Assembly: GCF_006345805.1 (NCBI RefSeq)
Contig: NC_042999.1
Coordinates: forward strand, 112,468,001 to 112,532,000
Direction of reading: 5' to 3'
Source: Octopus sinensis
Lineage: Eukaryota
DNA: 64,000 bases
The notes below the pieces were generated by a model that was given only the letters and a program-made list of their open reading frames with translations, was not told the DNA's origin and ran no database searches. Position 1 is the stretch's first letter. Each line of letters begins with the position of its first letter. Below are positions 1 through 12,224 of the stretch, piece by piece. The position numbers and the translations under genes were made by a program.

Positions 1-191
1 TAAATTATAATTTTCCTATTTTTTGTGCTTTTTTTCACATTTCATAGTAGCACTATTTAAATGTTAGTATCATGTCTGTGACCCATTGTGGGATTAGTTA
101 AAATTTTGTCAAAAAATTTTGGGATTTTTTTCACTATTTGTATCAGAAGCAAATCTTAATTTGTTTTTAATTTCTTATTTTATTGAGCCAT

Positions 192-535
192 AGGATTCAG
201 TCCCACTCAGCATGGTACCTGGGGCAAGTGACTTATACTATAGCCTCAAGCTGACCAAAGCCTTGTGAGTGGATTTGATAGATGGAATCTGATAAAAGCC
301 TGTTGTGTGAGTGTGTGTGTGTGTGTGTGTCTTTTTGCTTGTGTTTGTCCACCACCACCACTTGACAACCAGTGTTGGTGTTTTTACAGTCTTGTAACTT
401 AGCAGTTTGGCAAAGTGGCCCATAGATTAAGTAGCAGGCTTAAAAAATAAGTACTGAGGTTGATTTGTTCAACTGAAATTCTTCAAGGCGGTGCCCCAGC
501 ATTACCGCAGTCTAATGACTGAAACAAATAAAAGA
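192..535 (+). mobile_element. tRNA-derived SINE family A, degraded copy
   Basis: B-box-like GGATTCAGTCCC, GGGCAAGTG...GCCTTGTGAGTGGATTTG core, internal (GT)n and the 3' half shared with many other copies in the window. Confidence 0.75.
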
Positions 536-564
536 TAAATTATTAAAATCTAATTTAAATTAAA

Positions 565-840
565 TGAAACTGCTCATAAGGGCAGTTAGGGTGTTGTATC
601 CACAATCGCAAGATCTTGGTTTCAATTCCCAGAACAGAAGTGCACTGAATTCTTGAGCAAAACAATTTATTTAACATTACTCCAGTCTACTCAGCTGTAA
701 ATTGGTAACCCTGCAATGGACTGACATCCCATTCAAGGGGAACGTTGGCCTGCCTAGCCAGTGGAGTGGTATCATTCAAAGGCTACACCAATACAAGGAA
801 GTGCATTGTGACCAGCAGTGTATAAAAATATCTAGTCAAT
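565..840 (+). mobile_element. CORE-type tRNA SINE (family C), degraded
   Basis: GGTTTCAATTCC B-box followed by TTCTTGAGCAAAACA...CCAGTCTACTCAGCTGTAAAT, resembling the CORE domain. Confidence 0.6.
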
Positions 841-2229
841 ACAATGAAAAAATGCTTATATATTGTTATAATAAAAGCTACAGTATTTGAGATAAGATTC
901 TCTGAGGTTTTACATTTTCTTGTTTAGAATTTCATACACTATTTAAACTTTTTCTATAGTGTTTTTTTTTTCTCTAGTTGGAATAGATTTATTTTATTTA
1001 TTTATTTACCTATAAGTATGTATTGTTCGCTATCATAAATTCATTGGTGAGATGTCTCAACAACGACGTCTACATTTATCCAGTGGAAGTTATCAATTTC
1101 CATGAGGGTAATTAAATGTCTATATATATATATTACTTTATATTACACATTATGGCTTACTTGCAAAGGTCTTGTTATTGAAGAATTATTATGTTTAACT
1201 TTGTTTGCTTTTTCGTTGCTTAATTCTATAATAATTCAATTTAGTTTATCTGTTAGGTGCCGAACATCATAATTATTAATGTCATTGTATAATATTATGT
1301 TCAAGTTACTACTGCATTTGCTTACAGAATTAAATTCTATATATTATATTATCCACAAATTCATCAGTTTTATTCATATTTTTATTATTAAATATCTCAT
1401 TATATTTCTATATATATATTTCTCAATAACCTTTTAGAATGTTCATTGTTGATGAAGAATTACTGGATTCTGTTTCTTTATTTAAGAGCTCTTTTATTTT
1501 GTAATTGGAGAAGAACTTTATGTAATTTTTTTTTTTTTATATATGACTATTTTTTAACATGCAACACTCACACTTCATATTAACATATATTTTTGCTTGT
1601 ATACTTAGCAAGAACAGAATTATTAGTTTATCATTTACATTTTCTATATATAATTCTATGAAAGGCAATTACTTTTAAGACTCAACTTATAGGTAAATTC
1701 AAGTATTCTGTTGTTTACCTTAGTGATTTTTAATTTCCAAATATTATCGAGTTCTTCAATGTGAAAGTCTTATTAGTCTAACTGCTTCTTTTTCCTGTCT
1801 CCATTTGGCACTAGTAATAAATAATATCATTATATGCTTAAAATTTTTGCAGTTCACTTATAATCTATTTTATCATCTATAATATATTTAAGATAAGCTA
1901 CAGACTTTTGCATGATGTTAAGAAATTTTATGAAGAAGGAAAAATAATTATAAAATAGGTTTTATTCAATATCCTAAATGAGCATTGTTTGGTATGACAG
2001 TTTATATAACATTTAAAAACACTATGCTCTTCTTTTAAGGTGATAGGTCCTTTTGCAGAATTAACTTGTATGTGCTTACAAATCTGCTGTTGTTTATTCA
2101 CATATGAAGTTTTTCTATGGCTAAAGGTAGCAAGTTTGATATGATTCATTGCAGAATGTTTCTGGGGGCTCTGTTCATAAAAATAAAGTGGATTTAAAGG
2201 GAGCAGTCAAAGTCGCATGTAGATGTTGC

Positions 2230-2390
2230 TTATGTGTGGTTGTTTACAGATGAAGAGTGAAGTAAGGTAACATCTGCATAGAAGAGAGTATTGTTGAAGT
2301 TAATGGCAAGCAGATCATTGTAGAAAAGAGTAAGGGATGTAACAGAGCTTTCAGGCATACCAAAGTTGGTAGAACATAGGTCAGAAAGTG
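2230..2390 (-). pseudogene. Highly decayed non-LTR RT fragment
   Basis: Minus frame reads GMPESSVTSLTLFYNDLLAINFNNTLFYADVTLLHSS, an eroded GVPQGS...INDL...YADD block. Confidence 0.55.
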
Positions 2391-2649
2391 TTCTGTCTGT
2401 CTGTGACTGTATTTTTGTGTTTGTGTTTGTCCCCCACCACAGCTTGACAACCAGTGCTGGTGTGTTTACATCCTTGTAACTTAGCAGATTGACAAAATAG
2501 AGCAATGGAATAAATTGCAAGCTTAAAAGGAAAAAAGAAAGTACTGGGATCAATTCATTCAACTAAAAGTTCAACAAGGTGCCTCTGTATGGCTGTAGAC
2601 TAATGATTGAAATAAGTTGAAGATAAAAGATAATTAAACATTGATTTCA

Positions 2650-2850
2650 AAGTTTGACCCAAGACCAGCAAAAGTTCGGGAGAGGTGACAAGTCAATTAC
2701 ATTGATTCCAGTGCTCAACATGTACTTATTTTATCGACCCTAAAAAGATGCAAGGCAAAGTTGACCTCAGTAACATTTAAACTTAGAACGTGCAGACAGA
2801 CAAAATGTTGCTAAGCATTTTGCCCAGCATGCTAATGATTCTACCACCTT
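2650..2850 (-). mobile_element. tRNA-derived SINE family B, degraded
   Basis: Collinear with the better-preserved copy at 27598-27810 (TTTATCGACCC...GGCAAAGTTGACCTC...TTTGCCCAGCATGCTAA). Confidence 0.7.
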
Positions 2851-3789
2851 GAGATAATTAAATATTGCTAAATATTACACTGCATTTGTCCTTCACTCTC
2901 CCAATTCTTCCAGTTCACTTATAGCATATCATATTGTTATAAATATGCTCACACAAATTTGTACCCAGCATAACATACTTGCAAACAAATAGGTACACAC
3001 CCACACACACACACACTCACATACACTCACTAGACACACACACACATTCACATTCTGGGACACATATACATACCTGTTCTGACCTTTACTTACGTTTCCC
3101 TTTCATTTCAGAAATACTTCACTTTTTTACCTCCCCTATCCACCCCCCACTCCACTCTTTTCACCCTCATCTTTCCTCCTTCAATAATTCTTCCATTTAT
3201 AGACTGCCTAACGTCAATCTCAGCCATCCAACAGCTGAAAATAAAAGTACCTTGGTCTTTGTTTAGATATCACCCTTGGAGAGATAATGCTGATGTAACA
3301 ATTGCGACTTTAGTTGCATCCAATGGTACAGACAAGGTTTTCTGATGAGCTAAATTGCATACATTGTTTTGAGAGTGGGATTAGTCCTGTGCAAGGTATT
3401 TCCACACTTTAAAAAGCTTCCAACACGGGAATAGCTTGATTTTTAACATATCTCTTTGCATCTCTACTACGTATAACATGTTATGGCTGACCATAAACAA
3501 GAAAGGCAAATCAGTCAATGAAAAGTCCCATGATGGAAGAATAAAGGCATATGTGGGTTTAAGCTCTCTGAACACCTGCTGCAAGAAACAACCATAATTG
3601 CCACATAGGTACAAAAAAAATGTGCAGGCTGCTAGCAGGGATGAAACCCTACTTCCATAGTGTTCATGTTTAAGAGAATAATCAAGTGATGGCATTACTC
3701 AAAATCAAGTTGCAGTCACTATATATATATATATATATATATAAGGTGGCTAGACACAATTTAGAACCAAGAGGCAATTATATATAAAT

Positions 3790-4340
3790 ATATATATATA
3801 TATAAAGTAACATACTGAGGGAAAAGGACAGAAAAGGAGAAGAAGGGAAGGAAGGAAAGAAAAAAATCTTCTCCTACAAAGAAGTGTTTAGGAGAAGTAG
3901 ATGGAGATGAGAGGCTGTATACCAGGTGTCAAAAGGCTAAAGTATGATAGAATGACAAGCACAGGTGTCTTCCTACAGAGGAGATAATTAGCTGAAGAAG
4001 ACAGGAAGGTAATAATAACGTGCTAGAGTATACTCTCAAGGAACAGGGGACAAGGTGAGCATAAGTGAGGACAAGGACGATGGATCATAGGAGGGGATGA
4101 GAGAGTGGATGCTTTCCTAAGAGTATGAGGGGAAATTAAACAGGTGAAGGTAGAGGTTAGTGTATTGAAGGATGAACATGGATTTCTATGCAGATGATAC
4201 CAGTATGCAGAGGATTAAAGTGTGAAATGCAGGAGTGGCTCAGGAAGGAGTATAGAACATAAAGTAGTTGAATGATGTGCAAGATGGCAGAGCTCTGCAA
4301 AGGGAAAGATAGAGATACAAAAAGGGCTATAATAGGTGAG
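3790..4340 (-). mobile_element. Decayed 3' end of a CR1/L2-group LINE
   Basis: Minus strand resembles the eroded C-terminal PFxVSL...SF...LWNSLP region followed by a pyrimidine-rich UTR. Confidence 0.4.
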
Positions 4341-4547
4341 TCATATGAGTTTGTGAGTGCATGTGTGTGTGTGTGTATATATATATATGTATATAAACTT
4401 GTTGAAAATTATGAATTAGAAAAACATGCTTAAAAGTTTCAAATAAATTTATTTAAAAACAATTAAAAGTTTTTCAAATTTAGGTGCATTTTCAACAACA
4501 AATTTTCCTATATTTTTCCTGTGCAGAAATACATATCCTCATTTGTT

Positions 4548-4601
<54 letters not shown>

Positions 4602-4908
4602 CTAGCACTGTCCACTATGACAACAAGGGTTCCACTTGGTCTGATCAACATTAACATGCATGTGGCTGAGCTCTCCACAAACACACATACCCTTAAATTA
4701 GTTCTCAAGGAGAATCAGCATGACACAGAATGTGACATGGGTTGTCTTTTGAAATACAGGTACTACACATTTTTGCCAGCTGATTGGAGACTAAAACATC
4801 ATGAAACAAAGTGTATTGCTCAAGAACACAATGTGGTGCTGGGAATCAAACTCATGAACTTATAGTCGTGAACCAATTACACTAACCACTAAGCCATGCA
4901 CTTTCACT
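4602..4908 (-). mobile_element. CORE-type tRNA SINE (family C)
   Basis: Reverse complement begins GTGAAAGTGCATGGCTTAGTGG (A box), GAGTTTGATTCC (B box), then GTGTTCTTGAGCAATACACTTT. Confidence 0.7.
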
Positions 4909-4999
4909 TGTGTGCAGATGTGTATGCGTGTGTGTGTGAGAGTGTGTGTGTGTGTGGCCTTAACAATTCTGCTGTAGAGAACACATCTTCTTGATTACA

Positions 5000-5190
5000 G
5001 CAAAGTACCAGATATCTCGGTCCTTTGTCATCTTGTCTGAAAGGTTCAGCATCATGAGGTCATTCTTCAGTAGCTATACCCATATTTTCTTGGTCTCCCT
5101 CTTACACATGTTCCATCCACTTTGAGTGATCAGCACTTCTTTATGAAGCTGACAGCATCTATCCACATCACATGACCAAACCAGCATGCT
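5000..5190 (-). mobile_element. RTE LINE RT C-terminal fragment, decayed
   Basis: Minus frame WFGHVMWIDAVSFIKKC*...LLKNDLMMLNLSDKMTKDRDIW, homologous to the RTE pieces at 9.1 and 56.5 kb. Confidence 0.7.
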
Positions 5191-5465
5191 AGCCCTTATC
5201 GAGAGTGTGGTGTGGCTGGTTGGAGAAGTGGCTGCAATGAGAGGGATAACTTGTAGCAAAAAAGATGGGGATGGACTGTGTGCAGTTCTATTCTCATATA
5301 ATTACAGTAGCTGACATATATATATATGACAGGCTTTGTTTTCTATTTCCATCTACTAAATCTACCTACAAGGCTTTGGTTGTCCCAAGGCTATAGAAGA
5401 ATAATAGAAGACACTTTCACTAAGTGCCATGCAGTGGGACTGAACCTAAAACTTGCATGTACACA

Positions 5466-5524
<59 letters not shown>

Positions 5525-5650
5525 ACACATACACATATATACATACTTCCAACTACACATATAAAATATACATAACTATACAAATATGCACGCATACATA
5601 CATATCAAAATACATATATATGTATATACATATACACATAAAAATACATA

Positions 5651-5833
5651 TACCGTATTTTAACATGTATAAAGAACCCATTTTTATCAAAAATTAGGTT
5701 TAAAAATATGGGAGTTTCTTATACATGAATAGTATTATAATCCCTTACAAAACTTTTTTTCCAAATTTTAAGCCCCCAAAATTAGGGGGTTCCTTAATAC
5801 ACGAGGGTTCTTTACACATGCTAAAATATGGTA
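5651..5833. mobile_element. MITE of Tc1/mariner superfamily (pogo/Tc2-like ends)
   Basis: 29-bp terminal inverted repeats: TACCGTATTTTAACATGTATAAAGAACCC versus right-end reverse complement TACCATATTTTAGCATGTGTAAAGAACCC (3 mismatches); TA at both ends. Confidence 0.8.
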
Positions 5834-5871
5834 TATGTATGTATATATATAGAGAGAGGAAAATTTGATAT

Positions 5872-6433
5872 ACAAGGCATCAGATGTAGCATGCAAGAGA
5901 GACAACTGCATTGGTATGGTCTTGTAATGCATGTGAATGAAGACAGTAGCATCAAGAGGTGTCGGTCTTAAATTGTAGAGGGAATATGTGGAAGACCCAG
6001 GAAGACACAGGACGAAGTGGTGAGAAAGGATCTACAGATGATGGTACTCACAGAGGGGATGTCAGGGAACCAAGGCTATGTTGTGCTTGAAAAGACACAT
6101 CAAGTTAAGTAAAAGCTGATTGTCCTTGCAGACAGGATTCTCCCCTGCACTCCTCTCCAGCTGAGTATTCTTAATCTTGCAGGTTCATAGGTGCTGGTGC
6201 CACATAAAAAGCACCAATAGGGGTGCCACATAAACGCACCCATGCTGGTGCTATGTAAGAGCACCCAGTACATTCTGTAAAGTGGCTGGCATTTGGAAGG
6301 ACATCCAGCTGTAGAAAGCCTGCCTAAGCAGGCATGGAGCCTAGGAAGCTCTTCAGATGGCCAGTTTCTGTCAAACTGTCCAACCCATGCCAGCATGGAA
6401 AACGGACGTTAAATGATGAGGATGATGATGATG
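5872..6433 (+). mobile_element. 5'-truncated RTE LINE (RT end, 3'UTR, (GAT)n tail)
   Basis: MQERQLHWYGLVMHV...GRPRKT motif, GCCACATAAAAAGCACC modules, tail ...CATGGAAAACGGACGTTAAATGATGAGGATGATG. Confidence 0.8.
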
Positions 6434-6551
6434 ATATATGCATAAAAATATATATATATATATATATATAATATATATATATATATATACACATATATAC
6501 ATATATATATATGTTTGTATGCATATATGTATAAACATATATGTATACATG

Positions 6552-6635
<84 letters not shown>

Positions 6636-6889
6636 GCATAAACCTATGCATACATATATACAATGTGTGTGTGCATGTGCTCACAGTTGCATGCATCCAC
6701 ACAAACATACACCCACGGTTAGCTATATACATTCACAGATGTCTGCATACATGAAACTGCAGTGTTTGCGAGTACATTCGTGTGGGCTATGTGCTAATGC
6801 GTTCACACAAATGTACTGACAAATCCGCACTTTCATACACACACACACACACACAAGAGCAGAGTCATTTCTTCACGCCCATACACATA

Positions 6890-6920
<31 letters not shown>

Positions 6921-7272
6921 CTACTCACCACGCTATATATATACAAATAACTACATATTAGCAGACATGTAATATATCAACACACTAGTTCACAGACAAT
7001 AGAAGAGAGCATACAAAAGCTATTGAGATATTTTAATAAAATCTAATGTTGATCACATAAAATACGTCTGGTGAGAGTTTCATTGTTGAGATGTCTTCAG
7101 ATGACAGAAGAAAACTTGATGAAATCAAATAACAAAGATGACAATGAAGCAGTTTCCATTTTATAGAAATATGCTCCACTGTGCATCAGTGTCTTTGTGT
7201 GAAAGTCGCTCTCTATGCATGTGTGTGTGTGTACAAATGTGCTGCTATGCATGCATGAGTATGCATTTGTAC

Positions 7273-7303
<31 letters not shown>

Positions 7304-7542
7304 CGTGTGTTAGTGTTTCAATGTGGTAGATTGTATCTGAGTAGAATATGAGCTTGTGAGTGCATGTGTATGTATGTATGTGTGAGTGCATGTGTATGTA
7401 TGTATGTGTGTGTTACAAGTGTAGCAAGGAGAGACGCTATATATCATACACTCCATGGGATGAGAATACAATGGGAATGAAATAAATAGACATAAGTGTA
7501 ATTGTAGATATTCACACACACACACACACACATGATACATAC

Positions 7543-7585
<43 letters not shown>

Positions 7586-7606
7586 ATATATATATATATG
7601 TATATA

Positions 7607-7680
<74 letters not shown>

Positions 7681-7722
7681 GTTATATATATATGTATATA
7701 TATATATATACGTATATATATG

Positions 7723-7754
<32 letters not shown>

Positions 7755-7765
7755 TATATACATAT

Positions 7766-7798
7766 GATGAGTTGTAGTGCACCTGAGCACTGTACACA

Positions 7799-7826
<28 letters not shown>
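7766..7826 (+). mobile_element. Minimal 3'-tail copy of the CR1 LINE at 13.9-18.2 kb
   Basis: GATGAGTTGTAGTGCACCTGAGCACTGTACACAA+(TTA)n is identical to 18156 onward; inserted in a (TA)n tract. Confidence 0.9.
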
Positions 7827-7832
<6 letters not shown>

Positions 7833-7964
7833 CTTATATATATATAACCCATGCTAGCATGGAAAATGGACGTTACACGATGATGATGATGATGATATAT
7901 TCACACACATACACACGTGTGTGTTTGTGTGTGTGTGTGTGTGTGCATGCATGTATGTATGTAT

Positions 7965-8150
7965 ATATAAGTCAGTAGAATTGTTAACATGCCAGGCAAA
8001 ATGCTTAGCAGCATTTCTTCCAGTTTTACGGTCTGAGTTCAAATTCCATCAAGGTCAACTTTACCTTTAATTCTTTCGGGGTCGATAAAACCAGTACCAG
8101 TTGAGGATTAGGGTCAATGTAATTGACTATCCCTTTCATTCCAAATTTCA
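7965..8150 (+). mobile_element. tRNA-derived SINE family B
   Basis: GAGTTCAAATTCC B box and TTCTTTCGGGGTCGATAAAACCAGTACCAG core, as in 27598-27810. Confidence 0.7.
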
Positions 8151-8250
8151 GGTATGCAAATTAGGGGCTCCTTCATAGAGTAACTGCTGCATTTGTGAGT
8201 ATATGAGCAGTTTGACTGCTTGTTTCTCTGGAGACTGTCAGAATTATGTA

Positions 8251-8299
8251 GCTGCCTCTGATGAGAACCCAATAAGGTTTGAAAGTTGATTAAGGTTGT
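8251..8299 (+). ncRNA. Minimal type I hammerhead-like motif, decayed
   Basis: GCTGCCT-CTGATGA-GAACC/caataa/GGTTT-GAAA-G/ttga/T-TA-AGGTTGT: core, stem II and a wobble-rich stem I are all present. Confidence 0.55.
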
Positions 8300-8392
8300 T
8301 CATCATCTTTTTTTTTTTAAGTCTACAGAGAAATGGCTGAAACATGCTCTGTTTATAATTATACCAGACATATAGATGTATGTATATCTATA

Positions 8393-8600
8393 TCATCATC
8401 ATCATCATTTAACGTCCATTCTCCATGCTAGCATGGGTTGGATGGTTCGACCGGGGATCTGGGAAGCCAGAAGGCTGCCCCAGGCTCCGGTCTTATCTGG
8501 CAATGTTTCTACAGCTGGATGCCCTTCCTAACGCCAACCACTCCGTGAGTGTAGTGGGTGCTTTTTACGTGCCACCTGCACTGGAGCCAGGCGAGGCTGG
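8393..8600 (-). mobile_element. RTE-family 3' tail copy
   Basis: (CAT)n TTTAACGTCC...CTACAGCTGGATGCCCTTCCTAACGCC, the reverse of the RTE tail at 9.9-10.1 kb. Confidence 0.8.
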
Positions 8601-9089
8601 CATAAATATACACATATATGCATACTTACACATAAATATATACTTATAGATGTACATGCATATATATACATCATAATCATTTAACATCTCACAAGGGTTA
8701 GACGGTTTGACTAGGGCTGGTATATATGCATTTAATGGGTGGTTTTCTACTTCCTATATTTATACTTAATTATTTGCTCAATCATTATGTTGCTGTAGGT
8801 GTTGGTGTTGGTGTTGATGATGGTGGTAGCACTGCTGCAGCTGATTAGCTGATTTTCTTACATGTATGTGTGTGTGTGTGTTTGTGTGTCTGTGCTTGTA
8901 CCCCCACCATCGCTTGACAACCGATGTTGGTGTGTTTACATCCCCATAACTTAACAGTTCAGCAAAAGAGACCGATAGAATAAGTACTGGGCTTACAAAA
9001 ATTAAGTTATGGGGTTGATTTGTTCAACTAAAGACAGTACTCCAGCATGGCCACAGTCAAATGGCTGAAACAAATGAAAGAATAAAAGA

Positions 9090-9121
<32 letters not shown>

Positions 9122-9124
9122 ATA

Positions 9125-10097
9125 CACGTGCAAACTGCCATGCTTCACAGTAGTGAAACATGGGCTATGACTGCAGAGGACATGCATAGACTTAAAAGAA
9201 ATGAAGCTAGCATGATCCACTGGATGTGTAATGTCAGCGTGCATACATGACAGAGTGTAAGTGCCCTGAGAGAAATGCTGGACATAAGAAGCATTGGATG
9301 TGGCATGCAAGAGAGATGTCTGCACTGGTATGGTCATGATGGATGAGGAGAGATGTGTGAAGAAGTGCCACTCCCAAACAGTTGAAGGAATCTGCAGTAG
9401 AGGTAGACCCTGGAAGACATGGGATGAGGTGGTCAAGCATGACCTTTGAACGTTGGGTCTCACAGAGACAATGACGAAACACTGAGACCTCTGGAGATAT
9501 GCTGTGACTGCAAAGACCAGACAAATAATGTGAGTTCATGGCTGTTTCCTGCACCAGCTTCACATAGAAGCCCCAGCCCATCCAAAGTGCCTTCGATTGC
9601 TGGATGGCCTGCTGTGCTTGGGGAGACCTGTTGAGTCAAGTACATCAACATCAAAAAAAAAAATCAAATGGAAATTATAGTAGTGATACCTGTGCCGGTG
9701 GCACGTAAAATGCACCATCCATATGTGGCCGATGCCCACCAACCAATCGTGGCTGTTGCCAGCCTCCCTTGGCACCTGTGCCGGTGGCACGTAAAAAGCA
9801 CCATCCATACGTGGCCGATGCCAGTACCACCTTGACTGGCTTCCATGCCGGTGGCACGTAAACAGCACCAACTTATCATGGCCGTTGCCAGCCTACCCTG
9901 GTACCAGTGCTGGTGGCACGTAAAAAGCATCCACTACACTCATGGAGTGGTTGGAATTAGGAGGGGCATCCAGCTGTAGAAACACTGCCAGATCAGACTG
10001 AGCCTGGTGCAGCCTCCTGGCTCCCAGACCCCAGTTGAACTGTTCAACACATGCTAGCATGGAAAACGGACGTTAAACGATGATGATGATGATGATA
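9125..10097 (+). mobile_element. 5'-truncated RTE LINE: decayed RT C-terminus, modular 3'UTR, (GAT)n tail
   Basis: VQTAMLHSSETWAMTAEDMHRLKRNE...LHWYGH...RGRPWKTWDEVVKHDL; four GTGCCGGTGGCACGTAAAAAGCAC modules; tail GGACGTTAAACGATGATGATG. Confidence 0.85.
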
Positions 10098-10289
10098 CAT
10101 ACACACATACATATATGTATGTGTGTACATACATGCATAGACACACACACACACACACACATATTATTAGTTGTTGTTATACATTGCTTGTCACAATGCA
10201 TTTTGCATCATTTTAGCTTTGAATAATGCCAGCCTGCTCGCTAGGTGAGCAGGCCAACATTCCAACATTCCACCCGATTGGAAGGCTAG

Positions 10290-10445
10290 TTCGTTGCAGG
10301 GCTACCTATTTATAGCTGAGTGGACAGGAGTAACATGAAATGAAGTGCTTTACTCAAGGATACAATGCACTGCTTGATCTGGAAATTGAACTCATGGGCC
10401 AGTAATTGTGAACGCAACACTCTGACCACTAGGCTGTGAGCCTTC
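10290..10445 (-). mobile_element. CORE-type tRNA SINE (family C)
   Basis: Reverse complement shows CCTAGTGGTCAGAGTG, GAGTTCAATTTCC, CCTTGAGTAAAGCACTTC...CCACTCAGCTATAAAT. Confidence 0.65.
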
Positions 10446-10669
10446 TCACACACACACACACACACACATGCTAAAACATTGCATGTGATATGCTGGGTAA
10501 CACTGAAATGACATACATACAATAATTGTAATTTAACTTTTAACCAATTTCTTGGTGCTTATACAAGATAAGGAAATTAATACAAATTTTCAAAAGAAAA
10601 AATATTTAATACCTTAAAATAAACTCAAAGAAAACAAATTTCCCTTTTATATATATTTGCAACAATTAT

Positions 10670-11045
10670 GTTATTACGAGCAAATCACCCCCCCCCCCCG
10701 TCCAATGGACGGTGCTGAGTTGTCAAACATTTAAACCAAATTTTCTCAAAACAACTTGTCTGACCATCCCACAGGCCTCCCCTTTGGGAAACACTGATTT
10801 GACCTAAATTTGAGACACCAGAAAAAGAAGAAATAAAGTTAGACCTTTTTTCTATTCCAGGAAAAACGATTTTCCCACGGCTTTATCAATCGCATTCTCA
10901 CCTGAAATCGATTTTTGTAATTTTTTCAAGACTTATACATGCCCTGATACCGTCGGTATCTACATATCAAATTTAAGTGCAATCAGATGGAGGATGTCCG
11001 AGATCCTAGAAGACACACACACAAACAGAACGGATTTTATATAAG
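10670..11045 (+). mobile_element. Putative non-autonomous Helitron/Helentron-like element
   Basis: Perfect hairpin CCGTCC-AAT-GGACGG (10698-10712); 3' ...CATATCAAATTT...(CA)n...TTTTATATAAG resembles HINE/DINE-like ends. Confidence 0.4.
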
Positions 11046-11093
11046 AAATTTGCCTACTTTAATCGATATAATTGCAATCTCAGTAAATTTTCA

Positions 11094-11286
11094 TTGACCC
11101 TTTAGCATTCAGTTCAATCTTTTGAATTCATCTGTATCATTTCCTAGCTTCAAGATTTTGATCACATTGTTTATTTTTAGAATGACATTGTCTGGTAGAT
11201 GTGAGAGACTGGATCTAGCCAGTTTGAACATAAAACAGATAGGATATTTGGGGCTGATATGGCTGGTTTAAATGCTAAAGGGTTAA
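11094..11286. mobile_element. piggyBac-like MITE
   Basis: TTGA|CCCTTTAGCATT ... AATGCTAAAGGG|TTAA: 12-bp inverted termini with a TTAA-type target site. Confidence 0.75.
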
Positions 11287-12224
11287 AAATGTATGACATG
11301 TACTGTTCGCTCATATTTTGAAATTGTTCGCTGCTGATGCCTGAAAAATATGATGCCTGCTTTGTGCCTAAAAAATCAAGGTTACCAAGCTTCCCCTTTA
11401 GGCATAGTTAGAAGCTCTCCTTTAATATTTGTTATTCTTCAAAAATGCACATGTTTTTCAGAAAGTTATATGACATTCATCTAGCACTTTATATGTTAAC
11501 TCACTCTGCATCTCTCTTGTATTGTCTTTTTTTCTTTCTTTCTTTCTTTCTTAATTTATTTATTTATTTATTTATTTCTCTAAGTGATATAAAATGTGCC
11601 TGGAGAAATCAACCAGCCAAAGAACCAAAAAATATTTAAATCAACAATTATTACATAGATATATGTATGTATGTCTGTCTGTCTGTCTGTCTGTATGTAT
11701 GTATGTATGTATGTATGTATGTATGTATGTATGTATGTATGTATGTATGTATGCATGTATGTGTGTATGTGTGTATGTATGTATGTATGCATGCATGCAT
11801 GTATGTATGTATGTATGTATGTATGTATGCATGTATGTGTGTATGTATGTATGTATGTATCTATGTGTATGTATACATGTATATATGTATGTGTGTATGT
11901 GTGTGTATGTATGTCATTATTCAGTTTTATTTCAAGATTTCTTGCTAGTAGAGAAAGTGCTGGTTTCTAACCTAGATCCAAGGCTCCTTTATAGGAATTT
12001 CAAAATCAACAGCAGGGTATTTTTGTTTGTATGTATGTATATGTGCAGATTTGTATGTTTTGAGTGGATTTGGCAGATCAAAACTGAAAGAATCCCATCA
12101 CATGTATGTATGTATATATATATATATATATGTGTATATATATATGTATATATATATATATATATTATATATATATATATATATATTTATGTATATGTAT
12201 GTATGTATGTATATGTATATGTAT

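Noticed and set aside
3335-3375. CTGATGA-GC-TAAATT-GC hammerhead-like start
   Set aside because: No GAAA after the stem and no stem I/III pairing.
4178-4210. Plus-strand MDFYADDTSM resembling an RT YADD motif
   Set aside because: No upstream RT motifs in frame; the surrounding region fits a LINE 3' end on the opposite strand, so likely chance.
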